From positions 28,910,871 through 28,974,870 of the forward strand of contig NC_092676.1 of NCBI RefSeq assembly GCF_964355755.1: a DNA stretch of 64,000 bases, written 5' to 3'. Position 1 is the first letter of the stretch, and each line of letters opens with the position of its first letter. Source of the DNA: Antedon mediterranea (taxonomy: Eukaryota; Animalia; Echinodermata). Shown one piece after another: positions 50,101 through 62,716 of the stretch. The position numbers and the translations under genes are program-made. The notes under the pieces were generated by a model. The model worked only from the letters and a program-made list of their open reading frames with translations. It was not told where the DNA came from and made no database searches.

Positions 50101-53100
50101 GATTTTTTCCGGTGTAAATTGAGCAACTTAAATTAAAAATATACCAAGAAATATCAGTGATTTTAGTAATTTTCGTTCGTTTAAAATGTATATTTATGAT
50201 AGAACATAGAATTCCAACACATTTTTTAAACTTAAAATTTTGATCGTCATAAAATAATTGTCCTACACATTTGAAATTTGGAAGTATACGTTCAATAGGT
50301 TACTACGCGTTCAATATGTTACTACATAATTCATATTTTTAACATATGTCTTTTTTTTAATCGCTAAAGTTTAAAAAAATATGTTGGAATTGTATGTTCT
50401 TTCATAAGTATTTATCTTAGACAAACGCAAGTTATTAAAATCACTAATGTGGCTTGAAACTAATTTTTCTTTTGCATTACGGATGGAGTACCCGATATTG
50501 AACTTATATACCAAGTTTGAAATATTTTTGAATTCGATAAATATTTTTTCTAGAAGTTTTTGTATGTGACTATTTCCCTGTGCTGCTCCACTGGCGCCAA
50601 ATTGGATCCACTGGAGCACAGTGTATTAACATACGAACATTTTTTTTGTAAAAAAAAAATACTCCTTGATTTCAATATACATTTCTTGGTATATTTTTTA
50701 TTTAAGTTGCTCAATTTACAGGGAAAAAATCGAATTCCTAACCGTTTTTTTTTTGTTGTCAAAATCATTATTAAGGCCAATTTACACAGACGAGCGGTAA
50801 CGGTAAGCGGTAATTGTAAGCGAAAAACCGCGTGGCTTTTCCCATTTACACAGCGCGCGGAGTTCGCAAACAGAGTGGTGGAAAGTAGGTGCGTGTAGGC
50901 CTCGAGGCTAATGCATGTTACAGTCACTGCTGGCCTGGATGTGACTGACTGTCAGTAGGCCTAGCACACACAAGCCTAAGTTTTAGAGGGAATTGTTGCC
51001 TAATAACGTACTAAAATGTATATTTTCTTTTCACTATCCTTATACGAACATTAGTCACGTCGTAGGTGTTTGTATTTCTGAATAAAAAGAAGAAGAAACT
51101 ATAGGCTAGGCCTACTACGGCACTCGTATTTATTGTCGTCTTTCACTCGACGGACGCAAAAAAATTTTTTTGATAGATGACGTCATTTCAATCATGTCGT
51201 TGGTTGGCAAGAATCCATAATTACCGCGCGGTATTTTCACAAAATCGAATCTGTTTCGATCCTGAGCGGATTTCCGCTCAACCGCTCGTCCGCTCCGCGT
51301 TCTGTGTAAATGGTCATAAGAAATAACATAGATTCTATTTTTGCGTTTTCCGCTCAACTTTACCGATTACCGTTACCGCTCGTCTGTGTAAATTGGCCTT
51401 TAGAGTTTAACATAATATGTGTCGGAATTGTATGTTTTTTCATAAGTATTATCTTAAGCGAACGCAAGTTATTAAAATCACTGATGTGGCTTGAAACTAT
51501 TTTTTCTTTTGGTTTACGGAGGGGAGTAACCGATATTGAACATATATACCAAGTTTGAAATATTTTTTAATTCCAGAAGTATTTTTTCTCGATGTTTTTG
51601 TATGTGACTATTTCCCTGTGCTCCCATTGGTGCCAAATTGAGTCCACTTGAGCACAGTGTATTAACATACGAAAAGATATCAAAATTTAGTGACTTTTTT
51701 CTATTTTATATTACTGTGCTCACTGGCGCGCGCGCCAAATTGGGTCCACGTAAGCACCGTGTATTAACATACGAACAGATATTAAAATTCAGTGACTTAT
51801 TTCTATTTTATATCACAGTGCTCCCCTGGCTCCAAATCGGGTCCACTTGAGCATAGTGTATATTAAATACGAAAAGATATTAAAATTCAGTGACTTTTTC
51901 CATTTTATATCACTGTGCTCCACTGGCGCCAAATTGGGTCCACTTGAGCACAGTGTATTAACATACGAAAATATATTAACATTCAGTGACTTATTTCTAT
52001 TTTATATCACTCTGCTCCACTGGTTCCAAATTGGGTCCACTTGAGCACAGTGTATAAACATACGAAAAGATATTAAAATTCAGTGACTTTTTTCTATTTT
52101 ATATCACTGTGCTCCCCTGGCTCCAAATTGTGTCCACTTGAGCACAGTGTATTAATACGAAAAGATATTAAAATTTAGTGACTTATTTCTATTTTATATC
52201 ACTGTGCTCCACTGGCTCCAAATTCGGTCCACTTGAGCACAGTGTATTAACATACGAAAAGATATTAAAATTCAGTGACTTATTTCTATTTTATATCACT
52301 GTGCTCCTCTAGCTCCAAATTGGGTTGGGTTCACTTGAGCACAGTGAATTAACATACGAAAAGTTATTAAAATTCAGTGACTTTTTTCTATTTTATATCA
52401 CTGTGCTCCCCTGGCTCCAAATTGTGTCCACTTGAGCACAGTGTATTAATACGAAAAGAAATTAAAATTTAGTGACTTATTTCTATTTTATATCACTGTG
52501 CTCCACTGGCTCTAAATTGGGTCCACTTGAGCACAGTGTATTAACATACGAAAAGATATTAAAATTCAGTGACTTATTTCTATTTTATATCACTGTGCTC
52601 CCCTAGCTCCAAATTGAGTTGGGTTCACTTGAGCACAGTGAATTAACATACGAAAAGATATTAAAATTTAGTGACTTATTTCTATTTTATATCACTGTGC
52701 TCCACTGGCTCCATATTGGGTCCACTTCTTGAGCACAGTGTATTAACATACGAAAATATATTAATATTCAATGACTTCTTTCTATTTTATATCACTGTGC
52801 TCTCCTGGCGCCAAATTGGGTCCACTTGAGCACAGTGTATTAACATACGAAAAGATATTAACATTCAGTGACTTAATATTTCTATTTTATATCACTGTGC
52901 TCCCCTGACTCCAAATTGGGTCCACTTGAGCACAGTGTATTAACATACGAAAAGATATTAAAATTCAGTGACTTATATCTATTTTATATCACTCTTCCTG
53001 TGCTCTCCTGGCTCCAAATTGGGTCCACTTGAGCACAGTGTATTAACATACGAAAGATATTAAAATTCAGTGACTTATTTCTATTTTATATCACTGTGCT

Positions 53101-53729
53101 CTACTGGCTCCAAATTGGGTCCACTTGAGCACAGTGTATTAACATACAAAAAGATACTAAAAATCATTGACTTATTTCTATTTTATATCACTGTGCTCTC
53201 CTTGCTCCAAATTGGGTCCACTTGAGCACAGTGTATTAACATACGAAAAGATATTAAAATTCAGTGATTTATTTCTATTTTATATTATTGTGCTCCTCAA
53301 AATTGTGTCCACTTGAGCACAGTCTATTAACATACGAAAAGAATATTAAAATTAGTGACTTATTTCTATTTTATATCACTGCGCTCCACTAGTGCTAAAT
53401 TTGGTCCACTGGAGCAGCTACCGTAGTACTATTTCTTTTTCGTAAGTAAATAAAGGCATAAATGGCGCTCCGTAGAAGTAGAGAATGCTCGATCGTCGAA
53501 ATGACGCTCTGAATATACCTCGTATTTTAATAGAAAGAAGCGACAATCTCCTCTAGTAGGACATAATTGGACCATGCATGAATGGGCATATTGCCTATTT
53601 AATAGTGTTACGATTACGCCCTATTAGATTTTATTTTGTGTGTTAAAGTAACATTAATATTGCAATTATACTCACGGCTTCGATAATCTTGAGTATTCCA
53701 TTTGGTGTTACCACAAATTTAAACTCCAT
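47134..53729 (-). CDS. MARVEL-domain 4-TM protein, copy E, ~160 aa
   Basis: Exons 53729-53676 (MEFKFVVTPNGILKIIEA), 48201-47977, 47825-47703, 47214-47134. Intron 1 is expanded by a 4.9-kb foldback element. Confidence 0.87.
48948..49238 (-). mobile_element. Truncated hAT-like insertion (CAGGGCATC end) within a foldback repeat unit
   Basis: Interrupts the 97-bp unit with gcaca(g) duplicated on both sides. Only one recognisable terminus. Confidence 0.55.
50774..51399. mobile_element. PIF/Harbinger-like MITE with TTA TSD inside the foldback arm
   Basis: TTA|AGGCCAATTTACACAGACGAGCGG...CCGCTCGTCTGTGTAAATTGGCCT|TTA. The empty site is visible in the opposite arm (about 50054-50070). Confidence 0.93.
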
Positions 53730-54259
53730 TGTTTAACCAGCTGTCTGAAATCTAAAAATTCAGTGATGATTATCGCCAGGAGGAAACAATAGCATATAGT
53801 GTAAAAAGTCACGGATTTTTCTTTTACCTGATTATGTTATCCTGTATATAGATGTTGTTAAATAAATAACAAATATAAAAAATCTATTTGGCCTTGGGTT
53901 AACAACATTGCAAGCAAGCGCGTTGTAGGCCCCTACATGAAAAAAAATGTTTGCAGTTTTTCAAGAATAAAAAATCTAAATCGTCAAATTTAGAAAAAGC
54001 CTCTGTACTATCGTTTAACCTTCCATTTTGAAAATAATTGGTATATCGATGACTTACTTGAAAACAGTGTTTTTCGTTATAACGCCTTTCTAATTGAAAT
54101 GAGACTGTAGGCCTACGTGTATGAAATGTACTAGTATTTACCCAATTTTTAACGGATGGAGTGGGTGGCGTAAGTACCGAGACCTTGACATATTGCTTAT
54201 TATTAGCATCAAGACAAAACTTGTTATTCTCTACACAAATCCCAGTAAATTGGCCTACA

Positions 54260-56052
54260 CAGGCCCGTAGCCAGGGGGGGTTTTTATGGTTCGGGCGAAC
54301 CCCCCCCCCCCCCTTTACAGCGAACCCCCCTTAACCGACTGCGAACCCCCATCCCCGACATGCCCAATACCTCACCCTCATCTCCGAAAATCGTCCAAAT
54401 ACGTGCCCCACAGTACAAAAAGTTGTTCGTAAATTAAAAAATTTGTAAACTCGTTCGGAATAACTCATACAGTACCTTCTTCCCTGTATGAGCGTACTTC
54501 GAGCGATATAGTCTGTAAATTTCTAAGAGTTGCAAATGAATTGCCGATTTTATCAACATGATATTGACGCGTCTCACAGCGAGCTGGGGGACGAACGATT
54601 CGTACAAAGGACACCGCCAGACAACTGCGTACCAATTGTTTAGATCACTGGCAGTCAGGCAGCATGCATAAAGTATATAGCCTTCCGACATACATCAGTA
54701 TTTATGTGTGGCTATGAAGTATAATGTATCATAGAGGATTATAGTGAATATTAATATTTTACACTATAATATCTATGGTATCATGTACTGTAGTTCACAT
54801 TATGGCATCCGATTATTTTTTTCTAGATCACCAGCCGATACGTACTCAAATGTATCAATATCACCTATTTACATTGGCATATTTAATTTCCTCAACAAAT
54901 TGCTGTAAATAAATATTATAGATAGAGCTATAATAAGAATTGCATTTTCCTTCACCCAGTGTGCTTTTTTCGGGGCTTCTCCTAGACGTACGTTCGCATT
55001 GAACTTGAACGCAAAACAAAATATCGAGTAAATGATCAAACAATCGGCGGTTCCGCACAGAGCACGCGCATCTAACATACGGCAACAAATGTTATCGTTT
55101 AAATAGTCCACGAGTCCAAGTACGATCGTTTTGCTCATTGGTAGAATGCTGCATGAGAGTGTCTTTTCCGGCCATCTAGGGGTGTCATTTAACATTGCTT
55201 CGCCGATACGTACTCAAATGTATCAATATCACCTATTTACATTGGCATATTTAATTTCCTCAACAAATTGCTGTAAATAAATATTATAGATAGAGCTATA
55301 ATAAGAATTGCATTTTCCTTCACCCAGTGTGCTTTTTTCGGGGCTTCTCCTAGACGTACGTTCGCATTGAACTTGAACGCAAAACAAAATATCGAGTAAA
55401 TGATCTAACAATCGGCGGTTCCGCACAGAGCACGCGCATCTAACATACGGCAACAAATGTTATCGTTTAAATAGTCCACGAGTCCAAGTACGATCGTTTT
55501 GCTCATTGGTAGCATGCTGCATGAGAGTGTCTTTTCCGGCCATCTAGGGGTGTCATTTAACAAAATTTGCTTCGCCGATACGTACTCAAATGTATCAATA
55601 TCACCTATTTACATTGGCATATTTAATTTCCTCAACAAATTGCTGTAAATAAATATTATAGATAGAGCTATAATAAGAATTGCATTTGCCTTCACCCAGT
55701 GTGCTTTTTTCGGGGCTTCTCCTAGACGTACGTTCGCATTGAACTTGAACGCAAAACAAAATATCGAGTAAATGATCAAACAATCGGCGGTTCCGCACAG
55801 AGCACGCGCATCTAACATACGGCAACAAATGTTATCGTTTAAATAGTCCACGAGTCCAAGTACGATCGTTTTGCTCATTGGTAGAATGCTGCATGAGAGT
55901 GTCTTTTCCGGCCATCTAGGGGTGTCATTTAACAAAATTTGCTTCGCCTCAGGCCCACCCCAGGAGGGGGGGGGGTCGGTAGGTATGGGGGTGGGGTGAC
56001 CCAAATACTTAGTGTGCGAACCCCCCCTTAACAGATCCTGGCTACAGCCCTG
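54260..56052. mobile_element. Second CAGGCCCGTAGCCAG-family element with 5-bp TSD (CTACA)
   Basis: ctaca|caggcccgtagccagg ... cctggctacagccctg|ctaca. Confidence 0.88.
54834..55947. repeat. ~370-bp unit x3 tandem inside the 5-bp-TSD element
   Basis: gccgatacgtactcaaatg starts at about 54834, 55202 and 55574. Copies are almost identical. Confidence 0.95.
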
Positions 56053-57458
56053 CTACACAATGCTCTACCGTTAGTAGTCTTACAAAGCACAGCATTGTTA
56101 TGTTCAGACCAATAAATGAATATACTGTCCGAAAAACATGACGCGTAAATAACATACTTATCAATAGGAGAGTTTTCCTCCCTGGCGTTATTCCCAAGAT
56201 ATTACATTTCGGCGCATAGTCACACGGATTCAGGCAGGTCAGTCGAACCATTAGTGCAGCCTGGAATTAATTCCACATGGACGAACAACATCAATGCTTT
56301 TCAACGTAAAATCTAATTGAAATTTACAGTGATACTATATCCTTAAACATTTCATCGCATTTTCATATAAAATTGGTAATGTTATGTTTAGTTTATACCA
56401 GCATAATCTCTGTGTTCATGTAGGTCTACGCACCGAGGCCTACACAGCCTAATGCATGGGCGTGGTCGACATTATTTCCGCGCCAACTGTATCTTAAGAT
56501 CTAGATCATCTGATAGTGATTCATTACCCATGATACATAACATAACGTAGAAGACGTAGTATGTGATAAACATGCTAAAACAACGGAGAACCCAGTCTGT
56601 AGGCCTACTTATATTAAACTTACCTCTCAACAATAATTGTGTCACGTAGAGTAGTAGATTAGCTCCTCGGTTTAACGCTATTCAATCAACGTAAGGCCAA
56701 TGCACTACTGTATTAATAAATTATAGATTAATAATTAATCACTTGTGCACTGGAAGCGGTTGTCTGCTAATACATATCCTGTTGTAAACGGACAGAGTGC
56801 AAATCACATATGTTTACGGGTACTAAATGCAGTAGACTAAAGGAATATCATAAAACCCACACATCTGTATCATAAATATTTGCATATTCAACAGTTCACA
56901 TTTAGGACGGTCGGTCTGTGTTTGGCGATGCATGATATAACATATAAATTCGTTTTGTCCACGGTATGTCGGTCATGGGTAATTCCGAATGTATCCAAAT
57001 TTATTTTGTTTCGGAATTCTGATTGGTATCAGGATGAGATCTTTAGATATACAATATTATCATGCTATAGGTTGCAATTTATGGGAAGTTAATCGACAAA
57101 AATCACTGTTAGAATATATTTTTTATATTTATAAAATAAACAACCAAACAACTCATTAACGTCAGCCAAGGTAGTAGGCCTAATTTCAAAAGTTGCATAC
57201 TTCTTTCCTTGGAAGATCCAAGAACCATTTATTATAAATGGCCTTTGGCCCAAATAATATACAGTGTAACAGTTAAATAAATAACGTGCATCTAAACATT
57301 CTGTTCTACGTCTAAATAAAAAATATATATTTTCCAAGCTCAGTAATGAGATCAGTATTTAGTAGACATAAGTTAAATATATTTTAATTTAGATGGGTTA
57401 TTTTGTAAAAAAGTAAAACATATAATTAGTTCTGAATATCTGAAAGTGATAGTAAAGT

Positions 57459-57820
57459 GATCATCAACAATAATCATCATCGTCGTCATCATCATTAACA
57501 TAATCATCAACATCATCGTCATCATCATTAACATAATCATCATCATCAACGTCATCATTAACATCATCATCAACATCATTATCATCGTCATCATCATCGT
57601 CATCATCATCAACATAATCATCATCATCAACCTCATCGTCATCATCAACATAATCATTATCACCAACATCATCATCATTATCATCGTCATCATCATCGTC
57701 ATCATCATCACCATCATCAGCATAATCAACATAATCGTCATCATCAACACCATCGTCATCATCAACATCATCGTCAACATCATCGTCATCATCACCAACA
57801 TCATCATCATCAACATCATC
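57459..57820. repeat. Degenerate (CAT)n microsatellite
   Basis: cat/cgt/caa triplets over 360 bp. Confidence 0.95.
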
Positions 57821-58119
57821 GCAATTTATATCAGCATTGAGGGCGATGTACCATTATCGATACTAGAGTTACTACTTAATCGATTAGAGTAATCGGTCAA
57901 TTTGTGTTGGCGCCAACCAGCTATCAATCGATTAAATTTCGAAAAACTTAGGCTAAGGGAAATTAAATACCTCCATGATCTAAGTGAATACTATAGGGAA
58001 ATACTTCATACTTAAGACTTTATACTTTATTGAGTTAAGTGAAATAATTAATACTTAAGAGCAATATCTCACTTAAGTGTGATTGGTGAATACGGCCACT
58101 GGATACTTCAATTAACAAG

Positions 58120-61100
58120 CTAATATGCCACTGCCTCCTGAGTCGAATCTGATTCGTTATCGGAAACCATTTCGTTATTTACCACACCTAGTTGCAGACG
58201 TTCAGCAAACTGCTGTGATCCCTCCAATCGTATATGCTCTGGAATTGTATCTATAGATGCAGTAGAAGCGCTCATTTTATAAGTTGTGTTTAAATTGAAA
58301 GCGGAGTTATTAATATTCGTGGTTCTTTCCTCCACTGAATGAATTGTCGGCACAGAGGGTGTCAGCGACGTGTCATCTTTTGGATTGTCCTTTGCTGGTG
58401 ATGAGCACAGTGTAAGTATACTTTTGAAAGAGAATTGTATATCTGTACAGAAAAAAAGTTTGTTATATAAATAAAAGTTTCACTCGACATAAAATTATAA
58501 TATAGTCATTCATATACGAGTAATTTTAGCCTATTTAACTGCGTCTTACCACGGTGTTTTAGGCCTATAGTTTTTAGCTTTCCTCCTCTTTAATGCGCAA
58601 CAAGAAATGTTGCATTACCACCTAGGGGCCTACATGTACGTACACTGTACGGCTCTTTGGAGTCACGTAGCCATACATGTTCATAGCCGTACATGTTCGT
58701 AGCCATACATGTTCGTAGCCATACGTGTACATAGCCATACGTGTACATAGCCATACGTGTACGTACCAGTTTCGATGTCCTTATCAACGTAGTTATCCAT
58801 GTTCCAACCGTGTCCATAGGCTGTCAAAGGATAGGCTGGTTCTCCGTGTTTTGCTATATCCAAACCTATACAAAAAAAATAGATAAAATTACCACGACTA
58901 TTTACGTTTTAACTATTTAAAAATTTACAATGCGAATGTAAATGATAGGCTTGAAATTTTATAAAATGCAGTTAAATGTTTACAGTATCTTATTTTTAGA
59001 AAACAACCCCGAAAGCTAACCTTTTTCTTCGATAGTTGGATGAACTCGCAGAATATTGAACGCTTTCATCGTCCCAAACATTATCAAGGACGTGGCAACT
59101 GACCAGGTGAAAATTGAGATTGCTCCAGTAAATTGAGATTGCTCCAGTAAATTGAGATTGCTCCAGTAAAGTTCCATAAAAGGCTCTTAAAAAGAAACAA
59201 AGGAAATGTTACATGGTAAAACTTTTCTTTCTATTGCTATTTCTACAGACACATTACATCAAACTAAACATGAAACATTCGACAATTGAAAATACAGAAA
59301 ACGATAGTTTTTTTAATTATTGCGAAAACTGCGTTCCATATTTTTCTATAAGTTTTAATACTTACGAGAAAAGAGTCAGAATCCCATGCATAAACAATCC
59401 CAGTATCCCTTGCAAAAATTGTGACTGCGATGATTCCCCAGAATCCTCCACTCAGGTGAACTAGAAATAAAGTGTGAATGTTAGAATCATCAAGAAGTAA
59501 ATTCCACTCCAGATTTTTACTTTATATGCCTACACTTTATCTATGGGCCATCTCAGTATGCACTATAAGCATTGGCAGAATGAATGTTAGACTCAATAGC
59601 TACGTAGTATATTACCTAATTTTTACTTACCTGCAACTGCGTCCAGTGGATCATCAATATGTGCCTTCAAGACCAGTTTGCTAACCAGAATAAACAAACA
59701 TCCAGCTACAAAGCCGATAACAGCTGCACCCCAACGACTAACGGAGTCGCATCCAGCACAGATTGCAACCTGTAATTGTACAAAAAAAATGTAATCTTGT
59801 GCGTTTTTCGATTGTAAACCGACAAAATATTACGACACACAATAAAGGATAACGAACAATGTTACTTTCGTTTAGTTTAAATCTGCACAGGTTCAACTGG
59901 TACAAAAACGATCACCAGAGTACAAACTGGTAAAACATTTTACTCAATGTGAAAATAAATGAGAAAAGAACCTACCATTCCAGTAAGACCTCCATTGATT
60001 GTTGTCAACAAACTCCACTGATTTCCTTTGTAAAACGTCTGTTTAATGATAAGCGCACAAAGAGCGGCAACACCTCCAGACAGTACTGTGTTGACGATAG
60101 ACTCAGCGACCACTACACCGTCACCATCGTTTGAAATACTGCCCTGCGAACCACCATTGAAACCGAGGAAACCCAAGAATAGGATGAATCCACCCAATGC
60201 TGCAAACTAGAAATAAAACAAATCAATTAGACTACTGTAGTTCAAAAAGGTGTAAAAGTAAATCTCTTGTAATCTAAAATTAGTATAGCAGAACATAAAT
60301 TGTTTGAGTCAATGTAGTAGCAGCAACAAAGTTGTTATACTTCTATAAATAAAACTGAATATGATATGAAAATATACAAGTCTTCCTGAAACAGGATTCT
60401 TACAAAAGTAAAACAATTTAATCGCACAGAAACAGATTGAAATGTATATTTATATTCTATAGACGGCGCGCTATTTAACATTTCAACCTATGTTGAAGAT
60501 ACAAATAACTCGAGATTTTAATAGGCTTTTCTGTCGTCATTATATATGTCGATTTTTCTTGAAATTCAATAGGTATGATCTGTTGGCAAATTTATAACAA
60601 CAAAATCAGGAAGTTAACTTGTGGAAAATGTGGACGTTATCATTAAAACAAAAATAATTTACTTTGCATTTTGCAAGTACAGTATAGTATAGTTGTAAAA
60701 TTTAACGTACTGGTACGGTGTGTCCGTGGATAGTGATTGGTTTACCATTGGCGTCAAATCGACCGATTCGTGGGCCTAGCATAACAGCACCAATCAACGC
60801 TACTGAACCGCCCAAGATGTGAACTACTGCACTGCCAGCAAAATCCTGAAAAAAAAATCAACAATGGCTGGATAAGCTAAACTTGTTTCTGCCATTTTTA
60901 GCGCGAGTTTTGATATCGACGTTCTGTCGTATCAGACACAGAAACAGATTTTTCTTCTCAAGTTTATTAAATGTAATAATTAATTGTATAATAAAGTAAC
61001 AATATCATTATTACAATTAAATAATAGGCCTACTTACGTCAAAAGCAATTTGTGGATTATTTGGCATCTCTGTCAGCCAACCGTCATCAGACCACGCCCA

Positions 61101-62716
61101 ATGCGTCACAACTGGATATATAAAGCCTGAAGAGAAGATGTTTTTATTTTTTATTGATTGATTTATTGTCTCAATTACTTTATCTGTTTACTTGTTAATT
61201 ATATCATTTTAGTTTGATAGGGTCTTATACGTGACAAGAATAATTGTATTCTTCTAGTATAGATCCTCAATATGATATTGAATTAAAAATAACCGTTGAA
61301 GAAAGAAAAAAAAATATCATAAGGTTGCAGGTAACAATAATTGTAAGATGAAAAACGCGCTACTCATAACAGACTTAACTATCAACACTTTGAATACTAA
61401 TGTTGATTACAAACAAACGCGTTTTACCTGTCAAGATAACGCTATACACTAGGTAGGCTACAAACTCAGTTCTCTCTGCCATCGAACCTGATACGATCGT
61501 AGCGGCGGTAGCGGCAAAAACAAATTGAAAGAACCAATCGTCAACTTGGTCACTTGGCATGTTATACATAAAGTACCAATCTGATCCAATAAACGCATTT
61601 CCACCAGGACCAAACGCGAACGCATAACCAACGCCCCAGTAAAATACACTGCCAATACCTATATAGAGAGAAATCCAAGTATTCTTTATATATAATTTGC
61701 ATGATAAAATAAATGAAGAATGACGTCTAGAATAAATGAAGAAGAAATATTAAATAGAACTATGAGTTTCAAAGTTTAGCTCTAAATTATAATACTTTGA
61801 ACTTTAATGATTGAAACTGTATTTTTTAATAGTTCATACGTTTTAGATTTAAAATTGTAAAAGGGGTGTTTTTTTATATTTCTGTTGGCTCTGTATTTAA
61901 TAAAATAAAAACAAGTTACTCTCTAGTATTTTAAAACACAATGTGTTAAAACACAATGACTTACAGATATCCAAAAAATTCTTGATCAGTATGTTTGTTG
62001 TGTTTTTACTCCTCACTGATCCCGCTTCCAAAAACGCAAAACCACATTGCATAACTGAAAATTAAGAGACTTGTTAATAATATGGTGAATTAATATTAAT
62101 TATTAGTAATCATTTTATAACAAAAATATAACTTAGCAATGATTAAAACACATTAATTGGAAGTATAATGAGCTAAAAAGGTGTCCGGCCTTCCTCGGAA
62201 AGACGCTGCAGGGTTAGACTTGAATCCAACGATTCGTTCTCAAACTCACTCGAACTTCAACAGGACAAGCTACAATTCTAACAATACATGTTTGATCTTC
62301 TGCTTTTATGTTGTTTATTTCGTCAATTTGCAATAGGCCCACACAATGTTGTTGCTGTGGGCAAGGATGTATTCTTCTAAATGTTTGTTTACACACTGAG
62401 TGTATCATTGATAAGACGTCTATCCAAACTTTACTTAAAATCAGTGGAAAAGTTGTTCCAACCAAGAACTTGTATTTTGAATGTTGCAATATTAATGTTC
62501 TTTGTGATTTATATACTAAACATCAATAACATTCTCTTTCGGTTTACAGTTTCCAATCCTAATTAATTAATTAATTAATTAAGAAATACAATAACATAAA
62601 TACTTACAAAATATTAAACATGCCATAATGATTTTAAAAAATAAATCAGAATTCGATTGAAGAACCAATAACTCATCCTGTAGCATTTGTATCGAATCAG
62701 ATTCGTTAAGAATCAT
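58120..62716 (-). CDS. amt: Ammonium transporter (Amt/Mep family), 11 exons; exon 9 frameshifted in this sequence
   Basis: Exons 62716-62608, 62054-61965, 61658-61428, 61126-61038, 60845-60711, 60206-59976, 59769-59631, 59460-59366, 59185-59021, 58865-58767, 58442-58120. Motifs [92 protein letters not shown]. Confidence 0.95.
58668..58762. repeat. 16-18-bp tandem repeat (tagccatacatgttcg) at the start of Amt intron 10
   Basis: 5-6 units directly after the exon-10 donor. Confidence 0.8.
59113..59169. repeat. 19-bp unit x3 inside Amt exon 9
   Basis: attgagattgctccagtaa starts at 59113, 59132 and 59151. Confidence 0.95.

Larger units (their letters stand above)
48603..53522. mobile_element. 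4.9-kb foldback-type element with mariner-like termini and ~97-bp internal tandem arrays
   Basis: TA|(t/c)gaggtatattcagagcgtcatttcgacgatcgagc... is inverted at 53522|TA. About 9 repeat units on the left and about 18 inverted units on the right. Inner arms 49850-50150 and 50680-51640 are also inverted. No transposase. Confidence 0.92.

Noticed and set aside
51600-53400. Regular ~97-bp repeats resembling a CRISPR array
   Set aside because: The whole unit repeats with no unique spacers, there are no cas genes, and it is part of a eukaryotic foldback element.
54861-56004. Triplicated 75-131 aa ORFs
   Set aside because: Products of the ~370-bp tandem repeat inside a non-autonomous element; no recognisable domain.
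57373-57819. Poly-Met ORF
   Set aside because: (CAT)n microsatellite.
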